NCBI GenBank assembly: GCA_016779945.1
Contig: JADHMR010000003.1
Location: 377 to 64,376, forward strand
Length of the DNA: 64,000 bases
Reading direction: 5' to 3'
Origin: Bacteroidia bacterium
GTDB lineage: Bacteria > Bacteroidota > Bacteroidia > NS11-12g > UBA9320
A program made the translations under genes and the position numbers. Below the pieces are notes generated by a model. That model was given only the letters and a program-made list of their open reading frames with translations, was not told where the DNA came from and did no database searches. This document shows, piece after piece, positions 40,313 through 48,325 of this stretch (positions within the stretch are counted from its first letter, which is position 1; every line of letters starts with the position of its first letter).

Positions 40313-41145
40313 AGAGAAACCTGCTTGAAATCAACATCTCTATCCAAAAATAAAACAGCTTCTCTTAAAAAATCTTCTGTAATGTCAGACAAGTAAAACA
40401 AATCACTTTTTTCTGTTTTGTCAGGGTTGTTTAAATTTTGATTTAAAAGTACTTGATCTACTTTTTCAGCAATAATTTTAGGGGTATGTAAAACTTTTAA
40501 ACTGTTATTGAAGTACTCCTCGATTTGATGATAGATAATCGGATAATGCGTGCATGCTGGAATGATTAATTCACGGTCTTCAAAACCCTCAAAATATTTT
40601 TCAAAAATGGGAAACAAAACATTTTTATCTACAAATCCGTCTTCAACCATTGGAGCTAGTAACGGGGTTGCTTTTGCAACAATATCAAGACTTGGGTTTA
40701 TGCGATTCAACTCGCGATCGAACATTCCCGAACCAATGGTTTTTCGTGTTCCAATTACCCCAATTTTTTGATATTTTTTTTGTGCAGCTACCAACTCAAC
40801 AATTGGTGTAATCACTTCAACAATTTGATGATCTCTGAACGGTAAATCATTAATTTTTTGGATAACCGTAGTAGCACTATTGCAAGCTACTACTATCATT
40901 TTACAGTTTTGTTGTTCTAAAAACGAAACGATGGAAGAGACATATGCTTTTAGCGTAGCTTCACTTTTATCACCATATGGTAAGTGAGCCGTATCTCCAA
41001 AATAAACAAACTGCTCATTGGGTAGCTTGTTTTTGAGGGCCTTTAATATGGATAAACCACCTAAACCCGAATCAAAAACACCAATGGGTTGATTGGAGAG
41101 ACGATTAATGATGGTTTTATTTAAGTCCAAGTTTTGCCTTGACAA
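40309..41145 (-). CDS. murI: glutamate racemase
   Basis: IGVFDSGLGGLS, VVACNSAT and PACTHYP. The only in-frame start upstream of the conserved N-terminus is the TTG at 41145, which overlaps ompH by 29 nt. Confidence 0.85.
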   Translation of the reverse strand: MSRQNLDLNKTIINRLSNQPIGVFDSGLGGLSILKALKNKLPNEQFVYFGDTAHLPYGDKSEATLKAYVSSIVSFLEQQNCKMIVVACNSATTVIQKINDLPFRDHQIVEVITPIVELVAAQKKYQKIGVIGTRKTIGSGMFDRELNRINPSLDIVAKATPLLAPMVEDGFVDKNVLFPIFEKYFEGFEDRELIIPACTHYPIIYHQIEEYFNNSLKVLHTPKIIAEKVDQVLLNQNLNNPDKTEKSDLFYLSDITEDFLREAVLFLDRDVDFKQVSL

Positions 41146-41626
41146 GTGGCATCAAGTCATATGAGGAATCGCTGTAAATCAAACCACCACCCTCTGAACT
41201 GTCCATTACATATGCATAGCCATTGGCTTTGGCAACAGCTGCAATGGTTTCTTTTACACGAGCATAGAGTGGAGTCAACAATGATTCTTGCTCTTTTTGC
41301 ATCGCTTCTGTACCTGTTTTCTGCATCTCTTGATACTGTTTTTGTAAGTTATCAATTTCCTGCGATTTAACCTCTTTAACACTCGTTGGGACAGATTCAT
41401 CATCGACGATTTCCATCAAAGCCTGATATTTGGCCTGTGTTTCTTTTTGTTTTTCAGTAAGAAGTGTCTCCCAAGTTTGTCTTATTTTCTCTAATTTCAT
41501 AGAAATAGTGTCAGTTTCGGGCATTAACTCTATTAACTCACTACTGTTAATATGTGCTACTTTGGTTTGTGCTTGTGAAATAAAGGTTGCACACAAGATT
41601 ATTAAAATTGAAAATACTTTTTTCAT
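41117..41626 (-). CDS. OmpH/Skp-family periplasmic chaperone
   Basis: Signal peptide, long coiled-coil K/E/Q-rich region, 169 aa. Confidence 0.8.
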   Translation of the reverse strand: MKKVFSILIILCATFISQAQTKVAHINSSELIELMPETDTISMKLEKIRQTWETLLTEKQKETQAKYQALMEIVDDESVPTSVKEVKSQEIDNLQKQYQEMQKTGTEAMQKEQESLLTPLYARVKETIAAVAKANGYAYVMDSSEGGGLIYSDSSYDLMPLVKAKLGLK

Positions 41627-41650
41627 ATATAGTTTACTTATTTTTTACGT

Positions 41651-42208
41651 TTATTGGGGAGGTAAATTATTACCCTTTTCTAAAGAGGTCGATACGACTC
41701 CTAATTCTTCTAATACTTCATCACTTCGATCGTATTTTGAATTTGACACTAACATCAGTAACTCTCCGCTTTTGTCAAATATAAAATCTAATCCATTATT
41801 TTTAGCTACTTTGTTTATAGCATCATAAACTTTGTCCTGAATAGGTCTGATCAATTCTGATTTTTTCTGAAACAGTTCTCCTTCAGCACCAAATTTATCT
41901 TGCTGAAATTTCTTGGCTTCATCTTCTTTTTTAGCAATCTCTTTCTCCCTTGAAATTTGCATATCTCTTGTAAGCAACACCTTTTCTACTTGCAAAGCTT
42001 TTCTTAGTTTTTCTATTTCTAGAAACTTTACCTCAACCTCTTGTTGCCATTGAGCACTGAGTTCATTTAATTGAAGTTGAGCAGACTTATATTTTGGTAT
42101 TTGAGAAAGTACATACTCAGAATCAACATATGCAAATTTTTGAGCATTACTCTGGATTGCAAAAAATACCAGCGTAAATACAAGAACTAGTCTGGAACAT
42201 GATTTCAT
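41651..42208 (-). CDS. OmpH/Skp-family periplasmic chaperone (second copy)
   Basis: MKSCSRLVLVFTLVFFAIQSNAQKFAYVDSEYVL plus a coiled coil. I use the ATG at 42208 rather than the TTG at 42229. Confidence 0.8.
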   Translation of the reverse strand: MKSCSRLVLVFTLVFFAIQSNAQKFAYVDSEYVLSQIPKYKSAQLQLNELSAQWQQEVEVKFLEIEKLRKALQVEKVLLTRDMQISREKEIAKKEDEAKKFQQDKFGAEGELFQKKSELIRPIQDKVYDAINKVAKNNGLDFIFDKSGELLMLVSNSKYDRSDEVLEELGVVSTSLEKGNNLPPQ

Positions 42209-42268
42209 ATTATAAAATGGTAACGCCAAAATTATGCTACTTTATATAATTCTTAATTTTTTGTTGTG

Positions 42269-42276
42269 CAAACATA
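42269..42276 (-). promoter_or_regulatory. -7 box for the ompH-ompH-murI operon
   Basis: TATGTTTG on the minus strand, about 60 nt before the ATG at 42208. Confidence 0.4.
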
Positions 42277-42343
42277 GGAAATTTTAGCACCCACAGATGA
42301 CTTTGGTATTTTTTTGAAGAGATGATAATCTACTCATAGTTTT

Positions 42344-42877
42344 TCAGTGGGTTAAATTTAATACTTCAGTGTATACTGTATTGCTCATATTCAATGCTCT
42401 ATCCATTAAGGAGATTTCAAATTTTACAGTTTCAGGATCCAAAAACAATGGATTTGCGGCTAAATTTATTATTAAAAAACCTGAGATTGATTTATGTTTT
42501 CCGGGTGGAGTCAAGTATGGTACACGTTCGTGTTGGTTTCCATATGGTTGGTTTGAAGTTGGATTAATTAACTCATTGAAGCTTCCCAAAGAATCCATTA
42601 CAAGAAATTTAATCGGTAAATTATGATAGAAATCACTTGAAAAATTAAAAGGAGGCAATGTATCTGAATCGGAAAGCCCAATATCTCCATCTGAGTCAGA
42701 ATAGGAGATGGTTAATTGTATAATGCTGTCTTTACCCAAAATATTTTTATGCTGAACAACTGATTCCAACTGAATTTTTGGCTCTATTGTGAATTCATTC
42801 TCTTTTGGAGAACAAGAATAAACCATAATAACAACAAGAGTTATTATTTTTGAAGTTAGTATGTTGTTGAACGACAT
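42344..42877 (-). CDS. hypothetical lipoprotein
   Basis: MSFNNILTSKIITLVVIMVYSCSPK lipobox. I use the ATG at 42877. Confidence 0.55.
   Translation of the reverse strand: MSFNNILTSKIITLVVIMVYSCSPKENEFTIEPKIQLESVVQHKNILGKDSIIQLTISYSDSDGDIGLSDSDTLPPFNFSSDFYHNLPIKFLVMDSLGSFNELINPTSNQPYGNQHERVPYLTPPGKHKSISGFLIINLAANPLFLDPETVKFEISLMDRALNMSNTVYTEVLNLTH
42845..42852 (+). promoter_or_regulatory. -7 box for the LuxE-like gene
   Basis: TATTTTTG, 8 nt before the ATG at 42861 and 23 nt before the ATG at 42876. Confidence 0.4.
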
Positions 42878-43835
42878 GATGGATATATGGTCTGTCAATA
42901 ATCGCAATTTTAACGCCCTTGCTTTAAATATATTACAATATCAAGCGAAAAATAATGAAGTGTATGCTCAATACCTAAATCTTATTGAGAAATCCGTAGA
43001 CTCAATTACTCATTTTAGCGAAATTCCATTTCTTCCAATATCATTATTCAAAACACATCTCGTGAAAACTGGAAACTTTAGAACTAATCATGTTTTTGAA
43101 AGTAGTACAACAACTGGGTCTATACCCTCCAAACACCATATTAATCGCATAAATGACTACCATGAAAACTGTCTTAAAATTTTAGAAAATAGAATTGGAC
43201 CATTATCAGAATATGAGATTTTTGGTTTACTCCCAAACTACCTTGAAAGAAAAAATTCTTCTTTAGTCTCTATGGTTGAGTTTTTAATGCAAAAAAACAA
43301 GCAACCTTTAAATTTTTATCTATATAATTTCGAAGAATTAGATCAAAAAATGAAGGAAACATCCAAGAAGAAACTCTTATTTGGTGTAAGTTTTGCCCTG
43401 ATGGATTTTGCAAAAGATTATCCTCAAAGTTTAAGTGACTTAACAGTCATCGAAACTGGAGGAATGAAAGGACGAAAGCAGGAAATCACTAAACCTGATC
43501 TTTACCAAATTCTTCAAAAATCATTCGAAGGATCAACTATAATTTCAGAATATGGCATGACAGAATTATTAAGTCAAGCATACTCAGACGAAAATGGTAT
43601 CTATACTTGTCCCTCTTGGATGAAAGTCCTGCCAAGAGCTGACAATGACCCTTTGAGCAAACACAGTATGAAAGGTCACACAGCTGCTCTCAATATAATC
43701 GATCTTGCCAATATAAATAGTTGTTGTTTTATTGCAACGGACGATTTGGGTAAGGTATATGAAGATGGTCGTTTTGAAGTAATTGGCAGACTAGACCAAT
43801 GTGATATCAGGGGATGCAGCTTGATGGCTATTTAG
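42861..43835 (+). CDS. LuxE-like acyl-protein synthetase / adenylate-forming enzyme
   Basis: The N-terminus ALNILQYQAKNNEVYAQYLNLI..IPFLPISLFKTH and TGGMKGR resemble the LuxE family. The start could be 42861, 42876 or 42879. Confidence 0.6.
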   Translation: MLLNDMMDIWSVNNRNFNALALNILQYQAKNNEVYAQYLNLIEKSVDSITHFSEIPFLPISLFKTHLVKTGNFRTNHVFESSTTTGSIPSKHHINRINDYHENCLKILENRIGPLSEYEIFGLLPNYLERKNSSLVSMVEFLMQKNKQPLNFYLYNFEELDQKMKETSKKKLLFGVSFALMDFAKDYPQSLSDLTVIETGGMKGRKQEITKPDLYQILQKSFEGSTIISEYGMTELLSQAYSDENGIYTCPSWMKVLPRADNDPLSKHSMKGHTAALNIIDLANINSCCFIATDDLGKVYEDGRFEVIGRLDQCDIRGCSLMAI

Positions 43836-43836
43836 C

Positions 43837-45183
43837 CTATTCGGAGATTAATTGAAATGCCCTTGGAGTTGGTACACTCAAAAATCCGTCAATAATTCTT
43901 CGAATGTCTGAATTAGACTTATACCTTACTATACAACTATCTAGATCTTCGTCCTTAATTTGTTGATCTGTCGTAATAAATCCAAAACCACAATACTCAC
44001 CCCCTTTTAGTGCAACAACCCCTTTTTCGTCAACTGTTCTCCCCGGTCCGACAATCCACTTACTTGGCTGCTCATATTCCCATGATTTCATCACCCTTTG
44101 ATTATATTCTTCCGCCGAAATAGTACCCGAGCACAATTCACAATTTGTTCCTAAATAACAACTTCCTTTGGTTCGTTCTAATCCGGTGTATTTAGGACAT
44201 AAATTATTTTTTTCTACCAACATGTACAAAAAATCCTTGGCCATAGTCATAGAACTAAATCGTTTTACTGTGTTCCTTTCGTATTTTTTTAAAAAAACAT
44301 CAATTCTCACAATACCGTCTTGACCTTCATAATGACAAATGCTGTAATCATTACTTTTTTGTTTTTGTTGTTTGTTGTAGGGTGGATAATGCTTTTTAAT
44401 CTCATCACTTTCTAACAAAAGTGCAATGAGTTCATTTCCAGTTTCAACATAACTTACATGATGGATTTTTCTTAAAAGTTCACTTTTTTTCCGAGTAGTT
44501 TCCGTAAAATGAGAAACAATCCGCTTTTTCATATCCTTGGCTTTACCAACGTATAAAATTTCCATTTTTTCTCCAAGTAAATAATAAACGCCAACAGTAT
44601 TGGGCATCGATTCAAACTCACTCTTTGGAAGATTTGGAGGTAATGTTGACTCCCTACTTAGTTGATTTAAAGAATGGGTAATAAAATCTAAGTCATTCTT
44701 ATAAAGCAAGTGAAATAACTCAGTTGTAGCCATAGCATCTCCCATTGCACGATGCCTTTTATGATTTTTAATACCTAATTCTCTGCATAATTTGCCGAGG
44801 GAATAAGAAGGGTGGTTGGGCAATATAGATCGAGACAGTCTTACGGTACAAAGCTTTTTACTATTGAAGGAAATTGATAAATCTTCAAAATGATTTTTAA
44901 TAATACTGTAATCAAAACTAACATTATGAGCAACAAATATGGAACCTTCTAAAAATTTTAAAAAATCATGCGACACCTCCTCAAAATCTGGAGCTCCACT
45001 CACCATACTATTCGTAATTCCAGTTAAAAGTGTAATTGATTTAGGAATAAAAATATGTGGATTTATTAAGGTTTCATATGATTCAAGTATCTTTATTCCA
45101 TCGGTTTTCACTGCAGCTATTTCTGTAATTCGATTACCGTGCGAGCCTCCGGTAGTTTCAATATCTACAATAGAAAAAACCAA
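43837..45183 (-). CDS. DnaQ-like DEDDh 3'-5' exonuclease fused to a GIY-YIG (UvrC/Cho-like) nuclease domain
   Basis: Exo motifs VDIETTG, AHNVSFDYSI and HRAMGDA, then GVYYLLGEKMEILYVGKAKDMKKRIVSHF. Confidence 0.85.
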   Translation of the reverse strand: MVFSIVDIETTGGSHGNRITEIAAVKTDGIKILESYETLINPHIFIPKSITLLTGITNSMVSGAPDFEEVSHDFLKFLEGSIFVAHNVSFDYSIIKNHFEDLSISFNSKKLCTVRLSRSILPNHPSYSLGKLCRELGIKNHKRHRAMGDAMATTELFHLLYKNDLDFITHSLNQLSRESTLPPNLPKSEFESMPNTVGVYYLLGEKMEILYVGKAKDMKKRIVSHFTETTRKKSELLRKIHHVSYVETGNELIALLLESDEIKKHYPPYNKQQKQKSNDYSICHYEGQDGIVRIDVFLKKYERNTVKRFSSMTMAKDFLYMLVEKNNLCPKYTGLERTKGSCYLGTNCELCSGTISAEEYNQRVMKSWEYEQPSKWIVGPGRTVDEKGVVALKGGEYCGFGFITTDQQIKDEDLDSCIVRYKSNSDIRRIIDGFLSVPTPRAFQLISE

Positions 45184-45185
45184 TA

Positions 45186-46151
45186 TTAAAAAATACTTTC
45201 AATGATTTGGTCAGCAGATATTCCTTGAGATTCTGCTTTGTAATTCCTAACGATACGATGTCTTAAAACCATTTTTGCTACTGCTTGCACATCTTCAATA
45301 TCCGGGGAATATTTCCCATTAACAAGTGCATTAGTTTTTGCACCAATAATCAAATACTGGGAGGCTCTTGGACCTGCACCATACTCTAAATATTCGTTAA
45401 TAAATGGAGTAGCAGATTCTCGATTAGCTCGTGTTTTACCCACCAAGCCTACTGCATATTCAAATACGTGGTCAGACACAGGTACTCTTTTAACTAATTC
45501 CTGAAATCCTATGATTTCTTCTTGATTCAAAATTGGATTTATTATAACTGACTGTTCTGAGGTTGTTGCCTTGACGATACTTATTTCTTCCTCCTTAGAT
45601 GGATAATCAAGAATCATGTTAAACATAAAACGGTCAAGCTGAGCTTCCGGTAGCGGATAAGTACCCTCTTGTTCGATTGGGTTTTGGGTAGCCAAAACAA
45701 AAAATGGTAAATCCAATGGATATTTAGTTCCAGAGAGGGTCACATTTTTTTCTTGCATTGCCTCCAAAAGAGCAGCTTGAGTTTTTGGAGGGGTTCTGTT
45801 GATTTCGTCTGCCAGAACAATATTTGCAAAAACAGGCCCTTTGTTGAATTTAAAATTTTTAGCTTCATCTAAAATTTCAGAGCCAATTATATCACTTGGC
45901 ATTAAATCAGGCGTGAACTGAACACGATTAAAACTTAAATCTAACGCTTCACTTATTGTCTTAATAAGTAATGTTTTAGCAAGTCCAGGAACGCCAATTA
46001 ATAAGGCATGCCCATTACTTAAAATGCTAATTATCAGTCCATTGACAACCTCGTCTTGTCCAATGATTACCTTACTTATCTCTTTTTTTAGCTCTTTTAC
46101 TTTTAGAACTAAATTGTCTGCTGCTATTTTATCGTTGGTAAAATCAATCAT
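45186..46151 (-). CDS. MoxR-family AAA+ ATPase (AAA_3)
   Basis: Walker A GVPGLAKT, Walker B LADEINRTPPKTQAALLEAMQE, 321 aa. Confidence 0.9.
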   Translation of the reverse strand: MIDFTNDKIAADNLVLKVKELKKEISKVIIGQDEVVNGLIISILSNGHALLIGVPGLAKTLLIKTISEALDLSFNRVQFTPDLMPSDIIGSEILDEAKNFKFNKGPVFANIVLADEINRTPPKTQAALLEAMQEKNVTLSGTKYPLDLPFFVLATQNPIEQEGTYPLPEAQLDRFMFNMILDYPSKEEEISIVKATTSEQSVIINPILNQEEIIGFQELVKRVPVSDHVFEYAVGLVGKTRANRESATPFINEYLEYGAGPRASQYLIIGAKTNALVNGKYSPDIEDVQAVAKMVLRHRIVRNYKAESQGISADQIIESIF

Positions 46152-47498
46152 TTAATTCTCTAATCCTTTCCATTGTGATAGCTCTTTGCACAAAGCATAC
46201 TTCTTGTCTATTTTAACATAAACATTCTTTTTATACTCACTCACCCATTCATTAATGGTATTTTCTTTCTTTCTTTCAAGTGCAAGTGCCTGAATTTTCT
46301 GATAATCTTCTTTTAAATTGGCTGTGTGAGCGGGGATTAATTTTCTGAGATATAAGAATCTATACCCCGAAGTACCGTCTACATCTTGAAATTTTTCTGG
46401 TTTGCTATATTGACCGTCTCTTAACACGCTAGCTTTTGCCGCTATAATTGGATCCAAAATATCAATAGAGATTTGTTGTGATCCTGTAGTTTGATCTGCA
46501 TAAAATCCACAGTTATCTTTCGTATACACATCTGTACTGAATTCTGATGCCACCTTACACATGGATAAGCTATCCGATTTTAACCCCTCGATAATTAGTG
46601 ACATCTGATCACGCAATGCAGATAGATCACTTCTAACAATCAACGGTTTAATCAAAATATGACGTGCATTCACTTTTTCACCTTTACGATCGATTAGTTG
46701 AATAATATGATATCCATACTTGGTTTCGATAATTTCAGAAATTGAATCACCCTTTAATTTAAATGCTACTCGTTCAAATGGTCCAACCATTTGACCTCTA
46801 GAAAAATAGCCTAATTCACCACCATTTACAGCTGTTGCTTTGTCATCGCTATTACTTTTTGCAGCAAAATCAAATGAATACATTCCTTTGAGTAAATCTT
46901 GGCGAATTTTAGTGATTTTTTCTAATGCATATTCTTTTGCATAATTGCTTGGTTCTGGTTTCATTGTTATCAAACCTAACTCAACTTCGTCGCCAAATTT
47001 TGGGAGACTGTCTTTTGGTATGCTTGCAAAAAATTTACGAACATCTGTTGGAGAAGCTTTAATATCTGCAACTATTGAACCCTGAACTTTTTGAGAAATT
47101 TGTTGATTTTCAATTTCAGGTCTTCTACGATTCTTATACTCCTCGATAGACATCCCTAAATATTGAACAAGTCTTGCTTCACCACCTATCTGGGATGCAT
47201 AATAGCTGACTCTTCTGTCAAGCTCAGACTCAACCATTTCAGGAGTTGAATAGATGCTATCTCGCTTTCCTTTGTGAAGGTATAATTTCTGAATAATCAA
47301 TTGATTCAAGATTTCACATTTTAAATCTCCTGAATAAAAAGACATATCCTTTTTTGCCTGCATATACTCTGCCTCTAAATCAGAACGTAAAATGATATGA
47401 TCCCCAACTACTGCAACGATTTCGTCAATCACAGGCTTTTTTTGAGCGTAGCTGCTAACACCTAAAAATAGGAATAATATGAATATTGTTTTTTTCAA
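46152..47498 (-). CDS. SurA-like periplasmic chaperone / parvulin peptidyl-prolyl isomerase
   Basis: Signal peptide, SurA-N-like region, and a parvulin domain GGELGYFSRGQMVGPFE..KYGYHIIQL. Confidence 0.85.
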   Translation of the reverse strand: MKKTIFILFLFLGVSSYAQKKPVIDEIVAVVGDHIILRSDLEAEYMQAKKDMSFYSGDLKCEILNQLIIQKLYLHKGKRDSIYSTPEMVESELDRRVSYYASQIGGEARLVQYLGMSIEEYKNRRRPEIENQQISQKVQGSIVADIKASPTDVRKFFASIPKDSLPKFGDEVELGLITMKPEPSNYAKEYALEKITKIRQDLLKGMYSFDFAAKSNSDDKATAVNGGELGYFSRGQMVGPFERVAFKLKGDSISEIIETKYGYHIIQLIDRKGEKVNARHILIKPLIVRSDLSALRDQMSLIIEGLKSDSLSMCKVASEFSTDVYTKDNCGFYADQTTGSQQISIDILDPIIAAKASVLRDGQYSKPEKFQDVDGTSGYRFLYLRKLIPAHTANLKEDYQKIQALALERKKENTINEWVSEYKKNVYVKIDKKYALCKELSQWKGLEN

Positions 47499-48325
47499 AA
47501 TAGTTGTATGTGATTATTACTATATGCTTTTTCTAACAAATTTGATTCAATACTTCTTTGAAGCTCTTGTTGACGTTTATTTAAAAGAATTTCTTTAATA
47601 CGTCGCTTCTCAAGTACAAACGGAGATAACATATTCCGTGTTTTAAAATCATTTATTTTAATGAAATAAATAAAATCGCCTTCGATGATTCGAATATACT
47701 TATGGTTATTTAAGTAATGCTCTTGATTGTAAGTATTTATTGGTATTTCTTTTAGTATGTCATCAAAAAACACCCATGAATTACCATTTTCATAATAGTT
47801 GCCTCCACGTTTAGAGAGTGATAACAATGTAGGATAAATAGATTGATCATTTGCCCTAAAACTTGACCACAGTAAATCAAGGTTTTTTGAATTCAACGGA
47901 ACTTTGTAAAATATTAGCTTGATAATATTTTGTGTTAGTTCAAACTCGTTTTTATTGTCTTCATAATAGAGCTCCAGCTCCTCATCGCTAAATGTAGTAT
48001 CTATTTCTTGCCTTACCAGTTTATTGATGAGTTCGTAAGATAATAAATCGTGTTTGTAGGCCTCTAACTCCTTGGACTTGTCCTTCTCTTGTGCATCCAA
48101 TATACGCTCTGCCTCATTCAACAGAACCTGTTTTGATACCCAAATATTTATAAACTCTTTTGTAAAAAATACACTATCTTCATACGAGGCGTCATCAGAA
48201 ATTAAATCGGCTATATCTGTATCATATAGTTCGTTCCCAAAAGCTCTAGCAATGACTTTTCCAGAGGTGTTAGAATCACATGCTATAATGGAGCAGATAG
48301 TTAGTATGGATAGAATGTTTTTCAA
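47495..48325 (-). CDS. hypothetical lipoprotein in the PPIase operon (no parvulin domain seen)
   Basis: Lipobox SIIACDS, helical and charged, with 4-nt overlap junctions to its neighbours. Confidence 0.6.
   Translation of the reverse strand: MKNILSILTICSIIACDSNTSGKVIARAFGNELYDTDIADLISDDASYEDSVFFTKEFINIWVSKQVLLNEAERILDAQEKDKSKELEAYKHDLLSYELINKLVRQEIDTTFSDEELELYYEDNKNEFELTQNIIKLIFYKVPLNSKNLDLLWSSFRANDQSIYPTLLSLSKRGGNYYENGNSWVFFDDILKEIPINTYNQEHYLNNHKYIRIIEGDFIYFIKINDFKTRNMLSPFVLEKRRIKEILLNKRQQELQRSIESNLLEKAYSNNHIQLF

Noticed and set aside
43837-46151. MoxR ATPase plus DnaQ/GIY-YIG nuclease as an anti-phage defence pair.
   Set aside because: The surrounding genes are housekeeping, and there are no mobile-element or island hallmarks. 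As far as I recall, DnaQ-GIY-YIG fusions of this size are widespread core genes in Bacteroidota. The pair is also transcriptionally embedded in a chaperone operon. I report it as an odd operon, not as a defence system.
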